A DNA stretch of 25,672 nt from positions 1-25,672 of the IMG/VR virus record IMGVR_UViG_3300012008_000099; one strand, written 5' to 3'. Below the pieces are notes generated by a model, which worked only from the letters and a program-made list of their open reading frames with translations, was not told the origin of the DNA and searched no databases. The stretch's first letter is position 1. Each line of letters begins with the position of its first letter. The DNA is from a virus (taxonomy: Duplodnaviria; Caudoviricetes). Shown piece after piece: positions 1 through 8,554 of the stretch. The translations under genes were made by a program, and so were the position numbers.

Positions 1-306
1 GGCTATGGCGATGGCGATGGGGATGGCAATGGCAATGGCTATGGCTATGGCAATGGCTATGGCTATGGCAATGGCTATGGCTATGGCAATGGCTATGGCT
101 ATGGCTATGGCAATAATTATGGCTATGGCAATGGCGATGGCAATGGCAATGGCAATGGCAATGGCTATGGCAATGGCTATGGCTATGGCAATGGCTATGG
201 CGATGGCAATGGCAATGGCTATGGCTATGGCAATGGCTATGGCAATGGCTATGGCTATGGCAATGGCAATGGCAATGGCTATGGCTATGGCTATGGCTAT
301 GGCGAT
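1..306 (+). repeat. Hexanucleotide tandem repeat GGC(T/A/G)AT, about 51 units
   Basis: Directly visible, with two imperfect units (GGGGAT, AATTAT). Confidence 0.97.
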
Positions 307-321
307 GGCGGGATACTCTGA
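1..321 (+). CDS. Gly-rich (G-Y/N/D)n repeat protein, 5'-truncated; reads GYGDGDGDGNGNGYGY...GDGGIL*
   Basis: Frame 1 is open from base 1 to TGA 319-321. The variable codon is only TAT/AAT/GAT. GYGDG-type repeat proteins are common in phages. The MAMAMA ORF in the track is the alternative frame. Confidence 0.75.
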   Translation, partial: GYGDGDGDGNGNGYGYGNGYGYGNGYGYGNGYGYGYGNNYGYGNGDGNGNGNGNGYGNGYGYGNGYGDGNGNGYGYGNGYGNGYGYGNGNGNGYGYGYGYGDGGIL

Positions 322-322
322 C

Positions 323-433
323 ATGCCTAAAGTAACGATATGGATCAAAGACGAAGACTACCAAGCCTGGAAAGCCATACCAGACCGTCCGAAGTGGCTA
401 CATCAAATGCTTAATCCGGTAGTGGTAGAATAA
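323..433 (+). CDS. 36-aa hypothetical protein MPKVTIWIKDEDYQAWKAIPDRPKWLHQMLNPVVVE, possibly ribbon-helix-helix-like
   Basis: ATG 1 nt after the TGA of the Gly-repeat gene. Alternating beta-strand pattern (KVTIWI) followed by an amphipathic helix. Confidence 0.6.
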   Translation: MPKVTIWIKDEDYQAWKAIPDRPKWLHQMLNPVVVE

Positions 434-437
434 TTTT

Positions 438-746
438 ATGGAACTAGAATCAGGTACGATTTTATCTAAGATTGCAAAAGATGACTATGATCTACAGGTT
501 ATGGCATCACTCGGAAATACTTGTGCCGTGAAACAGCTTGGTAAGGTTCATAGATCTTATGCTGGTGTTATTGCAGGGTTGTCATTAAATCCGGAGATAC
601 TCGATGTTGTTGAGCCTTTAATCTGGTATGAGACATCAGAACTTTTAAGATATTACGAGGTTAAGGAAAATAATGGTAATAATTCTATACAAAGAGAAAC
701 AATCAAACGGCTTACGTATAAAGCCTGTAAGCCACGCAGAAGCTAA
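438..746 (+). CDS. Hypothetical protein; C-terminus uncertain (74-nt overlap with next ORF)
   Basis: ORF track; starts 4 nt after the previous stop. Confidence 0.6.
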   Translation: MELESGTILSKIAKDDYDLQVMASLGNTCAVKQLGKVHRSYAGVIAGLSLNPEILDVVEPLIWYETSELLRYYEVKENNGNNSIQRETIKRLTYKACKPRRS

Positions 747-894
747 AAAGCTACAACTTGCCATGCAACACCCGGAACGCGTTACTGACGAAGCTGTGAG
801 GCTCAAGCTGGCCAGTATCAAGGCGGTGTACTTATCCAGGGAATCAGTTGCTGAGGATTATGGATTGAAAACTAATTCAGGAATGAAAGGTTAG
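673..894 (+). CDS. Hypothetical protein
   Basis: AAGGA Shine-Dalgarno upstream of ATG 673; abuts next gene. Confidence 0.6.
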   Translation: MVIILYKEKQSNGLRIKPVSHAEAKKLQLAMQHPERVTDEAVRLKLASIKAVYLSRESVAEDYGLKTNSGMKG

Positions 895-896
895 CT

Positions 897-1115
897 ATGG
901 GCTATGGAACAAAAGCCGGCGGCATCGCTGCTCGGGATACAAATATTAAGTTATATGGCAAGGACTACTATGCCCGTATCGGTGCCGAGGGTGGCCGCAA
1001 TGGGAATACCGGTGGCTTTGGCCAGGGTGAAGCAGGCCGGGCACGTGCTCGTAAATATGGGATCCTCGGTGGTCGTAAATCAAGACGTACTGCAACTAAA
1101 AAGATAGAGTCATGA
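897..1115 (+). CDS. KGG-repeat / general stress-protein-like small basic protein
   Basis: GTKAGG...YYARIGAEGGRNGNTGGF...ARKYGILGGRKSRR resembles KGG-motif proteins. Confidence 0.7.
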   Translation: MGYGTKAGGIAARDTNIKLYGKDYYARIGAEGGRNGNTGGFGQGEAGRARARKYGILGGRKSRRTATKKIES

Positions 1116-1333
1116 GATTATGGCCCTTCAGACGTACGGAGATACCGTCTCTGCATAATGAGAACCATCAGTATGTCATAGACTTGGAATCAAGCTTAAA
1201 GGCATTAGACAGGCTAGAGCAGCGTTACAGATTGATACGGACAAGTGAGACAGAGCAGATGTACGAACGTCAGAAAACAATCGTGGAATGTATCCAACGG
1301 GCAATACTTGAGATTAATGGAATAAGTTCATGA
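1112..1333 (+). CDS. Hypothetical protein
   Basis: ATGA start/stop overlaps at both ends. Confidence 0.7.
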   Translation: MRLWPFRRTEIPSLHNENHQYVIDLESSLKALDRLEQRYRLIRTSETEQMYERQKTIVECIQRAILEINGISS

Positions 1334-1599
1334 AGATCTTTTGTCCAGTGTGCAGCAAGCATACTGAGCAGCAACCAGTCTATAATCAGCTGGCTACAGA
1401 ATGCCCTATCTGCCATAGCCTGGTTGCCAATATGCAGCGAGCAGAGACTGAGGCGAATAAGTTTATGACACCAGCGGGCAGTGAGGCGACAGTTGTCCGC
1501 AACGACGACCAGATAGTCTTTAGTATTGAGCAGGGAACAGAGGCAGGCTACTATGTTTATGACAAGAAAAGTGGATTCGGGGGAGTGCAGAAACGATGA
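1330..1599 (+). CDS. Zinc-ribbon protein (CPVC...CPIC)
   Basis: Two CxxC pairs in the N-terminal 30 aa; ATGA coupling. Confidence 0.7.
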   Translation: MKIFCPVCSKHTEQQPVYNQLATECPICHSLVANMQRAETEANKFMTPAGSEATVVRNDDQIVFSIEQGTEAGYYVYDKKSGFGGVQKR

Positions 1600-1763
1600 A
1601 TTATTGGAGTATCAGGTATAGACTTTCAGGGCGAAAGCGCTTACTCAAGCGATATCTAAGTCGTAAGTGGGAATTGTTTAGAACTCCTAAAGCTGAACGG
1701 CCAGTTAAGAAGGCTATTTGGGCTGCATATGATGAGCTGCATAAAGTTAGACATATCACATGA
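1596..1763 (+). CDS. 55-aa basic hypothetical protein MNYWSIRYRLSGRKRLLKRYLSRKWELFRTPKAERPVKKAIWAAYDELHKVRHIT (below ORF-track cutoff)
   Basis: ATGA overlap with the previous stop; fills the gap before terS. Confidence 0.6.
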   Translation: MNYWSIRYRLSGRKRLLKRYLSRKWELFRTPKAERPVKKAIWAAYDELHKVRHIT

Positions 1764-1777
1764 GCATGATGTAGACT
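1748..1777 (+). promoter_or_regulatory. Candidate sigma70-type promoter for terS (TAGACA-N18-TAGACT), near-leaderless
   Basis: The -10-like hexamer ends 9 nt before ATG 1787, which lacks a Shine-Dalgarno. Confidence 0.4.
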
Positions 1778-1786
1778 GCTAGCATT

Positions 1787-2194
1787 ATGGCAAGAGCCGA
1801 CAATAGCCCTCTAACAGGCGAAAAACAGGTGAAGTCGGGTTATAAGAATATTGACCCGGAAGCTGGTAAAGCAACTAGGTTTCAACCTGGGGTCAGCGGT
1901 AATCCCGCGGGGCCTAAGCCGGGGTTTAAACATATCAATACTATTGTTCAAGAACTTTTGAATGATCCAGAGTTTGAAGCATTGTTGCGTCATCCGACTA
2001 AAGGATGGGTGGAGTTCAAGGGTGCGCCAGTTATGGCGGTAGTCAAAGCCCAGGTACTTAAGGCATTAGATGGTGACACTAAGGCATATGATTCACTTAT
2101 GAAATCGGGTTGGAGCCAAAAGATTGAGAATGAACATAGCGGCGAGACTAAATTGATAATCGAGAAACGAAACTATAGTGGAAACGGTAGTTAA
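1787..2194 (+). CDS. terS: Terminase small subunit (DUF5681-like motif)
   Basis: RFQPGVSGNPAGPKPG motif, C-terminal KIENEHSG, immediately upstream of terL. Confidence 0.75.
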   Translation: MARADNSPLTGEKQVKSGYKNIDPEAGKATRFQPGVSGNPAGPKPGFKHINTIVQELLNDPEFEALLRHPTKGWVEFKGAPVMAVVKAQVLKALDGDTKAYDSLMKSGWSQKIENEHSGETKLIIEKRNYSGNGS

Positions 2195-3635
2195 GCTACC
2201 TTACATTTATGAGGCGCGAGATTACCAGCAAGAGTTCTGGGACGCATGGTATGCAGACGATTATGATATCTTTGTATTGAACTGGCACCGGCGAGCAGGC
2301 AAGGACTTAACTTGTTGGAATGCTACCATTGATTATGCAGCTGAGTCGCCCATGACCGTCAAATATGCTTTCCCGACTGGCGACATGGCTAGAGACAACC
2401 TCTGGGAGTCCTACACCAATGACGGCCTACGCTTCACTGACTTCGTGCCTGAAGCATTACGGTTTAAGCGTAACAAGGGCGATGATGGCCTCAATGACAG
2501 CCTGAAGAGCATCGAGCTACTGACAGGTGGCAGTATTCGGGTTATCTCAGCCCACAAGCCTGGACGGCTCCGTGGAGGCAACAGCAAGCTGTTTGTGCTC
2601 AGCGAGCTACAGGCAATGGATCCGAGCGTGATAGACATCATTGAGCCAATACTTGAGGCTAACCATGGCCGGTTACTCGTTAACCTGACTAGTAACGGTG
2701 ACAGTGCCGCTAAGCGGATGATGGAAGACTGGAAAAAAGATCCACGGGTATATGTCTCTGTGCTTACCGTAAAGGATACACCAGTCTTCATCGAGGAGCA
2801 GATGATACGGATTCGCAAGCGGACAGTAGAACGGTTTGTGGCTCGTGGTCAGAGCGAAGAGGAAGCTCATGCCTTCGTTGACCAGGAGTATTACTGCAAC
2901 TGGGATAGTCCGGTGGTTGGTAGCTACTTCGGTAGTGCTATGCGCCGGGCAATGGATCAGGAACGGGTTACCAGAGTGCCTTACGAGACGCAGCTACCAG
3001 TGCATACCTTCTGGGACTTAGGTGTCGATGACTCCATGTCCATCTGGTTTATACAATTGCATAATAGAGAAATACGTTGCATAGATTACTATGAGTCGAG
3101 TGGTGAGGGATTTGCTTACTACGCTAAGGTGCTCAACGGTCAGCAGGAAGGCTTTGAGCGAATGGGTGATTATCTCTACGGTAAGCATTATGCCCCACAT
3201 GACATACGGGTACGCAATATGGGCAAAGACGCCCGGACACGGCAGGAGGTAGCGGCTGACCTGGGACTCAGCTTTGAGGTAGTGAAACGAGTCAGTCAGA
3301 AGGAAGACGGCATTGAGGCTATCCGTACCATACTGGGGCGCTGTTGGTTTGATGATGACAAATGTGCTCGTGGCATTGATGCCCTGAAAGGCTATAGCAA
3401 AAAGTGGAATGAGAAGATGATGGTCTACGAGGACAATCCAGTGCATGACTGGACAAGTCACGGTACTGATGCCTTTCAGACAATGGCGCTTGTGGTGCCG
3501 CAACTAACAACTGACCAGGGTTCTGGTATAGCTACTACTCCTGCACCGGTAGATGCTTATAAGCAGTCATTCTTCGCCGACCAAGCCACGCACGACATGT
3601 CAAATGCTATCCGAGCATCCTTGGAGGATGACTAG
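2178..3635 (+). CDS. terL: Terminase large subunit
   Basis: Adenine-binding YQ motif, Walker A-like WHRRAGKD, RLRGGN plus Walker-B-like FVLSE, QEYYC linker, nuclease WDLGVDD, PHD, C-terminal HDWTSHGTDAF. Confidence 0.95.
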   Translation: METVVKLPYIYEARDYQQEFWDAWYADDYDIFVLNWHRRAGKDLTCWNATIDYAAESPMTVKYAFPTGDMARDNLWESYTNDGLRFTDFVPEALRFKRNKGDDGLNDSLKSIELLTGGSIRVISAHKPGRLRGGNSKLFVLSELQAMDPSVIDIIEPILEANHGRLLVNLTSNGDSAAKRMMEDWKKDPRVYVSVLTVKDTPVFIEEQMIRIRKRTVERFVARGQSEEEAHAFVDQEYYCNWDSPVVGSYFGSAMRRAMDQERVTRVPYETQLPVHTFWDLGVDDSMSIWFIQLHNREIRCIDYYESSGEGFAYYAKVLNGQQEGFERMGDYLYGKHYAPHDIRVRNMGKDARTRQEVAADLGLSFEVVKRVSQKEDGIEAIRTILGRCWFDDDKCARGIDALKGYSKKWNEKMMVYEDNPVHDWTSHGTDAFQTMALVVPQLTTDQGSGIATTPAPVDAYKQSFFADQATHDMSNAIRASLEDD

Positions 3636-3857
3636 ATGAAGGTAACGATGTTTATATCATCTCAGCAGGAGCAGCCAGTAGAAATGACCTGGTATCACTG
3701 TTTCAATTGCAAGCGGGTACTATTCAAGGTTAACAGTAGCAATATGCTTATAAGCAACTCATATGGGGCAAGCTTTAAAGAACTAGAGCCGAGTAGCAAC
3801 TACATTGAATACGTCTGTCACAGCTGCAAAACGCCCTATGCGATTCTTTTTAGTTAG
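3636..3857 (+). CDS. Small zinc-ribbon protein, Mu Com-like (CFNCKRVLFK...IEYVCHSCKT)
   Basis: Two CxxC pairs with Com-like flanking residues; lies between terL and portal. Confidence 0.6.
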   Translation: MKVTMFISSQQEQPVEMTWYHCFNCKRVLFKVNSSNMLISNSYGASFKELEPSSNYIEYVCHSCKTPYAILFS

Positions 3858-3866
3858 TGCTATACT
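3858..3866 (+). promoter_or_regulatory. Extended -10 promoter candidate (TGcTATACT) upstream of portal
   Basis: Near-consensus TGnTATAAT in the intergenic gap, followed by a short hairpin CTCGTTA-ACC-TAAC(A)GAG. Confidence 0.5.
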
Positions 3867-3913
3867 GCTAGTCAAATGCAACTCGTTAACCTAACAGAGA
3901 GATATAGTACATA

Positions 3914-6115
3914 ATGGCAGTAAACTACGACCGGACTAGTCCTGTTTATGACAATAACAATGTTGATAACATTAGCGAGCAATCCGGTGTAATTGACAAG
4001 TTACCAAGTTTAAGTTTGGATATAGATGACAGCGAAATCATCCGCAATCTAGACTACCGTATCAATGAATCACGCGACTACTGGGATGATGCTAAGGGAT
4101 TTGACCTTAAGAATACCCGTAATGAGAACATCCGCTACTACCTCGGCAAGATAGACGAAAAGGGGCTGTATAAGCACCAGAAGCCATATAAAGAGAACCA
4201 GATATTCTTAGGCGAGGAGAGCATCACAAGCTATGTCACAGCGCAGATTGCCGGGCCGGTCGTCATACCAGCTAGCCGTGAAGACCGTAGCAAGCTATTC
4301 GCTGGTGATCTTGAGAAGGCCATCAAGGCACATGGTGAGGATGTAGTTGACCTGGAGCGGATTATTGAGTTGGTAGTGCATAACATACGGCTGAAGCGGC
4401 TGGGTGTGATTAAGTTGTGGTTTGACAAGAACTACGGTGATAAAGGTGAGATTGTATGCGAGGCAATTAACCCCGAGCACATCATAGTTGATAAGAATGC
4501 TACGCTAGGCAGCAATCCAGCTTTTGTTTGTCACGTACTGAAGATGTCTGTCGAGGATTGCCTAGGCCGGTATCCGAAGAAGCGTGACGACATTATGAAA
4601 AAGCTAGGTATTCAGCGCAAGACACCGAAGCAGATGAGTCAAGAGCTGGCTATCCGTGAGGTATGGGTGACGCATTACAAGAATAATGAACCTGTCGAGG
4701 GTGTTGTCTGGTACTTTGAAGATCTAGTGCTTGAGAAGGATCGTAACCCCAACTGGTTATATGCATCTGAGGGCAAGAACCTGCTTAAGTTTGCTAAGAA
4801 GCCATTTATATTCGGTAACCTAGTAAATCTCGGTGATCACCTGATAGACGACACCACTCCAGTCGAGCAGGCTATTGAGCAGCAGAAGGTGCTGAACCGT
4901 GTCGGTCGGCAGATACTTGAAGTAGCGGCTAAGGCTAACGGTATGCTGGTTATCTCGACTGACAGCGGCTTAACTAAGGATGATGCACAGAACCTTACCG
5001 GCGACCCTAACCAGAAGCTAGTGATTAAGACCAACGGTCAGGCTGTTGACCAGCTAGTACACCAGATAGAAGCACAACAACTGCCTGACTTCATAGCCAA
5101 CAGCAAGCTAGACGCTCGTATTCAGGTAGGCAACTTACTCGGCGCACCAACCGACTTCACCGGCTCACAGGCTGATGACGGCGACCCGACACTGGGTGAG
5201 GTCATGGTTAAGAAGAATCAGAGTAGTGGTATACAGGACAAGATGGTACGGGCTATTACTCGTATGATGGGTGACTACTACGAGTACCTGACACAGATGT
5301 TTATTGTCTGGTATGACGAAGACCACAGCTTTGTACATGATGCCGGTAACGGTGACTTTGACTACATTACTCTGAACCGTGATCTTATTGAGAAAGGTAT
5401 ACGTGTTAAGTCCGGTAAGCCTGCCAGTCCTGACCGTAGCCGGGTTGAGGCTGTTACCATGAAGTTACTGGAACAGAAGGCAATCAGCCTGCTAGACGCT
5501 TACAAGCAGCTACAGCTGGATAATCCGCAGCAACTATACGACAACTGGGCTAAGCAGAATGCTGACCCGATGAGCCTAGCACGTGACGTCATAACGGCTG
5601 TTGATGAGTCTGAGGCATATGTTGTCTATCAGGACATCATGAGTGGTCAGAAGGTACAGCCTAAAGAGAATCCAACTAAGGAATATATACTATCACTTCG
5701 CAAGCTGATGATTAATGATGCGTTCCTGAACCCTGATAAAGGCAAGCGTAAATATCAGAAGGTATTTATGGATTATGTCAATGCTTGTATTGATTCACTG
5801 GAACAGCGAGCCGAACTGGACGCTGTTGGTCAAGACCCTGAGCAACTACGTCCACAGGTACCGTTACAGCCACCACAGCCTCAGATGCCTATGCAGCAGC
5901 CTGGTATGATGCCCCAACCACAAATGGGTGGAATGCCACCGCAGATGCCCGGCGCACAGCCTATGATGCCACCACAACAGCCGATGCAGCCGCCTATGGG
6001 TCAACCTATGCCAATGCAACAACCCCCTATGACTCCAGCTAGTGTATTCGCAACTCCACCGCCGCAGGCACCACCTGCTCCGCCTGAGCCGAATATGCCA
6101 TCTGTAGTACAATAA
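3914..6115 (+). CDS. Portal protein with Pro/Gln/Met-rich C-terminal tail
   Basis: 733 aa, follows terL. Patterns typical of podoviral portals (YYLGK early, INPEHIIVD, Q..LNR, low-complexity PQM tail). Confidence 0.85.
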   Translation: MAVNYDRTSPVYDNNNVDNISEQSGVIDKLPSLSLDIDDSEIIRNLDYRINESRDYWDDAKGFDLKNTRNENIRYYLGKIDEKGLYKHQKPYKENQIFLGEESITSYVTAQIAGPVVIPASREDRSKLFAGDLEKAIKAHGEDVVDLERIIELVVHNIRLKRLGVIKLWFDKNYGDKGEIVCEAINPEHIIVDKNATLGSNPAFVCHVLKMSVEDCLGRYPKKRDDIMKKLGIQRKTPKQMSQELAIREVWVTHYKNNEPVEGVVWYFEDLVLEKDRNPNWLYASEGKNLLKFAKKPFIFGNLVNLGDHLIDDTTPVEQAIEQQKVLNRVGRQILEVAAKANGMLVISTDSGLTKDDAQNLTGDPNQKLVIKTNGQAVDQLVHQIEAQQLPDFIANSKLDARIQVGNLLGAPTDFTGSQADDGDPTLGEVMVKKNQSSGIQDKMVRAITRMMGDYYEYLTQMFIVWYDEDHSFVHDAGNGDFDYITLNRDLIEKGIRVKSGKPASPDRSRVEAVTMKLLEQKAISLLDAYKQLQLDNPQQLYDNWAKQNADPMSLARDVITAVDESEAYVVYQDIMSGQKVQPKENPTKEYILSLRKLMINDAFLNPDKGKRKYQKVFMDYVNACIDSLEQRAELDAVGQDPEQLRPQVPLQPPQPQMPMQQPGMMPQPQMGGMPPQMPGAQPMMPPQQPMQPPMGQPMPMQQPPMTPASVFATPPPQAPPAPPEPNMPSVVQ

Positions 6116-6141
6116 AGTAATAATTAATCAAGGAGAGCCCT

Positions 6142-7173
6142 ATGAATCCAACTGAAGCGCGAGTTGAAGCGGCCATTGCCAAACAAGGTATCACTGATGC
6201 CGACGAACAACCAACACTACCCCCAGTAAATCCTGACCCGAAGGATGACCCTAAAGTCGATCCTAAGCCTGCCGATGACAAGAAACCAACCGACAAGCCT
6301 GCTGACGACAAAAAGCCTGCAGCACTGAAGTATGACAAGGACGGCAAGCATATAGAGGAAGAAGCTAAGCCTGAGCCTAAAAAAGACGACAAGCCGAAAG
6401 AGAATGATAAAGAGTTCACGGCTGATGACGCCTTAGAAGAAGCTGCACCTGATGCACCTACAGCACCGCCAACCGATGCTGCAGGCATACAGCTTAGTCC
6501 AGCCGAGCAGAAGTATGTCGTTGACAATATCGGCGAGCCGATGATTATTCGTGGTATTCGTGGTACAGGTGACGATGCTAAGGAAGTAGAGCTGAAAGTA
6601 TTTGACCCAAGCCAGATACCTCGTGACTTCCAGTTTGGCAGCCAAGCTGATTTATTATCTGCTCAGCAAGGGTTTAGCCGTTTAGAGACCAAGGCACAGT
6701 CATTACTGGGTAACTTCCGTAACGAACAGTCACAAGCTCAATCAGTTGACTTTGATAAGCGTGAGAATGAGGGCATTAGACAGGATGTAGCCGAACTGCA
6801 GAAGGAAGGCTTGTTCACCAAGTTTAAAGTCCAGCCCGGTAGCAAAGGCTTTGATGATGACCCTGCTGCTAAGGAAATGGCTAGCGTGCTTGACATAATG
6901 AGCAAAACCAATGACCAATACCTTAAAGAGTATAATCAAGGCCGTCCATACAAGCATATTGGCTTTAAAGAAGCATTTGACACCTACCAGAAACTAAATG
7001 ACGGTAAAAGGCAGAATGACAAACAGAAGGACGAGGATGCCGAGCGCAAAGGTATTGCCGATAAGGTAGGTGCTGGTGCTGGTATGTCCAGTAGCAAAGT
7101 TGTCAAGCCGACTGTTAAGTCAGGCACAACTACTCGTGACATTCTTAACCGTATTGAACTAGGAGAATTCTAG
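6142..7173 (+). CDS. Capsid scaffolding protein (putative)
   Basis: Acidic, Pro/Asp/Lys-rich disordered N-terminus and helical C-terminus; between portal and capsid; AAGGAG SD. Confidence 0.65.
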   Translation: MNPTEARVEAAIAKQGITDADEQPTLPPVNPDPKDDPKVDPKPADDKKPTDKPADDKKPAALKYDKDGKHIEEEAKPEPKKDDKPKENDKEFTADDALEEAAPDAPTAPPTDAAGIQLSPAEQKYVVDNIGEPMIIRGIRGTGDDAKEVELKVFDPSQIPRDFQFGSQADLLSAQQGFSRLETKAQSLLGNFRNEQSQAQSVDFDKRENEGIRQDVAELQKEGLFTKFKVQPGSKGFDDDPAAKEMASVLDIMSKTNDQYLKEYNQGRPYKHIGFKEAFDTYQKLNDGKRQNDKQKDEDAERKGIADKVGAGAGMSSSKVVKPTVKSGTTTRDILNRIELGEF

Positions 7174-7328
7174 TGAATCAGAATCTACTACTAGCCATAC
7201 TGGAAGCCAAGGATCTAATCACTGAAGATCAGGCTAATGCTCTAGCCGAGTATCTGTCCTCTGGCGTACAATCCATGTATTACAAGGATGCTCAAGCTGC
7301 TGTCAAAAAGATACTGGACAAAAAATAG
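7173..7328 (+). CDS. 51-aa helical hypothetical protein MNQNLLLAILEAKDLITEDQANALAEYLSSGVQSMYYKDAQAAVKKILDKK (not in ORF track)
   Basis: GTG overlaps the scaffold TAG; AGGAG SD at 7161-7165. Confidence 0.65.
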   Translation: MNQNLLLAILEAKDLITEDQANALAEYLSSGVQSMYYKDAQAAVKKILDKK

Positions 7329-7329
7329 T

Positions 7330-7358
7330 TTGCATTATAATTGAGTAATAGTTATTAT
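7330..7358 (+). promoter_or_regulatory. Sigma70-type promoter for major capsid (TTGCAT-N17-TATTAT)
   Basis: Correct 17-nt spacing in an AT-rich intergenic region. Confidence 0.55.
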
Positions 7359-7370
7359 TGCATTATTAAT

Positions 7371-7406
7371 GGCACACTAGCCCTCGAGGCTTTTGTGTCG
7401 TTTTTT
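7371..7406 (+). promoter_or_regulatory. Conserved leader hairpin + U-tract, copy A
   Basis: GGCACA-CT-AGCC-CTCGA-GGCT-TT-TGTGTC-G-TTTTTT; similar elements at 12844 and 22321. Confidence 0.7.
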
Positions 7407-7432
7407 AATTAACTAAAAAAGGAATATATTAC

Positions 7433-8521
7433 ATGGCTGGTATCACATTTACTGACCGCGTGCAGGATATCACCTATCAGGAGATTCTGCCTAGCGTTGT
7501 TGACCAAATCAACAACTCTAACATATTAATGGCTAAAGTCCTTAGCAAGCCTAGTACGTGGCGCGGTGTTACCGAAAACCAGCCGATTACTATTGCTAAT
7601 AGCACAACCGGTGGAGCATTCTCTGGAATGGATACCTTCCCGACTGCTGCTACTAACAACACTCGCCTGATGACCTGGTACGTTGCCGCTTACGAGCAGT
7701 CCGTTGTTATACCTGGCATCGAACGTGCTGTTAACGCCAACAACGAGAAGCAAGTACTTCGCTTGCTGGCTACCCGTATGGACGAGGCTAAGATAAGTTC
7801 ATCTCAAAACATCGGTGTTATGTTCTACGGTGTCGGTTCCGGTAAAGACTTTGACGGTCTTGGCCTAATCGTCGATGCTGGTAATAACAGTTCCGCCTAC
7901 GCTGGACTGACCCGTACCACAAGTGCTTTCGTCAACGGTGACGTTACGACTGTTACTAACGGTATCATTACGCTTGACTACCTAAGTTCAGAATTCGACA
8001 ACGTATCAGCTGCCGGATCACAACAGGAAAGTCCGACTATCGGCCTGACTACCAAGGCTGACTGGACATTCGTTGAAGGTCTGATGCAGCCAATGGTACA
8101 AGGACGCTACGAGACTATCGGTATCCACGGTTATGACCGTGTTGATGGTGGTACTCCTCCCGGCGGTGTTACAAGTAAAACTGAAGGCTTGACCGCTTTT
8201 GGTGGCTTCAATGCCCTTGTCTACCGTGGTCGCCCACTCGTTGCTGATGACAACTGTACTGCTGGTACTTACTTCTGGCTTAATGAGCACTACACGGAGT
8301 TCAAGCGATTAATCGACTCTAGCCTGAACCAAATCGGTTCGACAGTCGAAGTTACTGAAGGTTACTACAAGGACGTTCCGATGCCTTCCGCCTTCCAGTT
8401 TCGCGAACTGATGTCTCCAGTCAACCAGTACGGTGAAGTCGGTCTGTTGATCCTCATGGGTAACCTTCTGAATCGTCAGCCCCGCCGTAACGGGAAACTT
8501 ATTTCCATAACAAGCAACTAG
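7433..8521 (+). CDS. Major capsid protein
   Basis: 362 aa after scaffold; FYGVGSGKDFDGLGLIV, Y.GLTR, YRGRPLVADD and C-terminal PRRNGKL resemble HK97-fold podoviral capsids; strong SD. Confidence 0.85.
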   Translation: MAGITFTDRVQDITYQEILPSVVDQINNSNILMAKVLSKPSTWRGVTENQPITIANSTTGGAFSGMDTFPTAATNNTRLMTWYVAAYEQSVVIPGIERAVNANNEKQVLRLLATRMDEAKISSSQNIGVMFYGVGSGKDFDGLGLIVDAGNNSSAYAGLTRTTSAFVNGDVTTVTNGIITLDYLSSEFDNVSAAGSQQESPTIGLTTKADWTFVEGLMQPMVQGRYETIGIHGYDRVDGGTPPGGVTSKTEGLTAFGGFNALVYRGRPLVADDNCTAGTYFWLNEHYTEFKRLIDSSLNQIGSTVEVTEGYYKDVPMPSAFQFRELMSPVNQYGEVGLLILMGNLLNRQPRRNGKLISITSN

Positions 8522-8554
8522 AAATGTCAATAATATTGTAAAGAAAGGAATCAT

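Noticed and set aside
1-306. CRISPR array or DGR template/variable repeat
   Set aside because: The 6-nt period has no spacers; there is no second copy with adenine-specific differences and no reverse transcriptase in the window.
5-433. 142-aa MAMAMA ORF from the track
   Set aside because: Better explained as the off-frame reading of a Gly-Tyr/Asn/Asp repeat gene plus a separate 36-aa ORF at 323.
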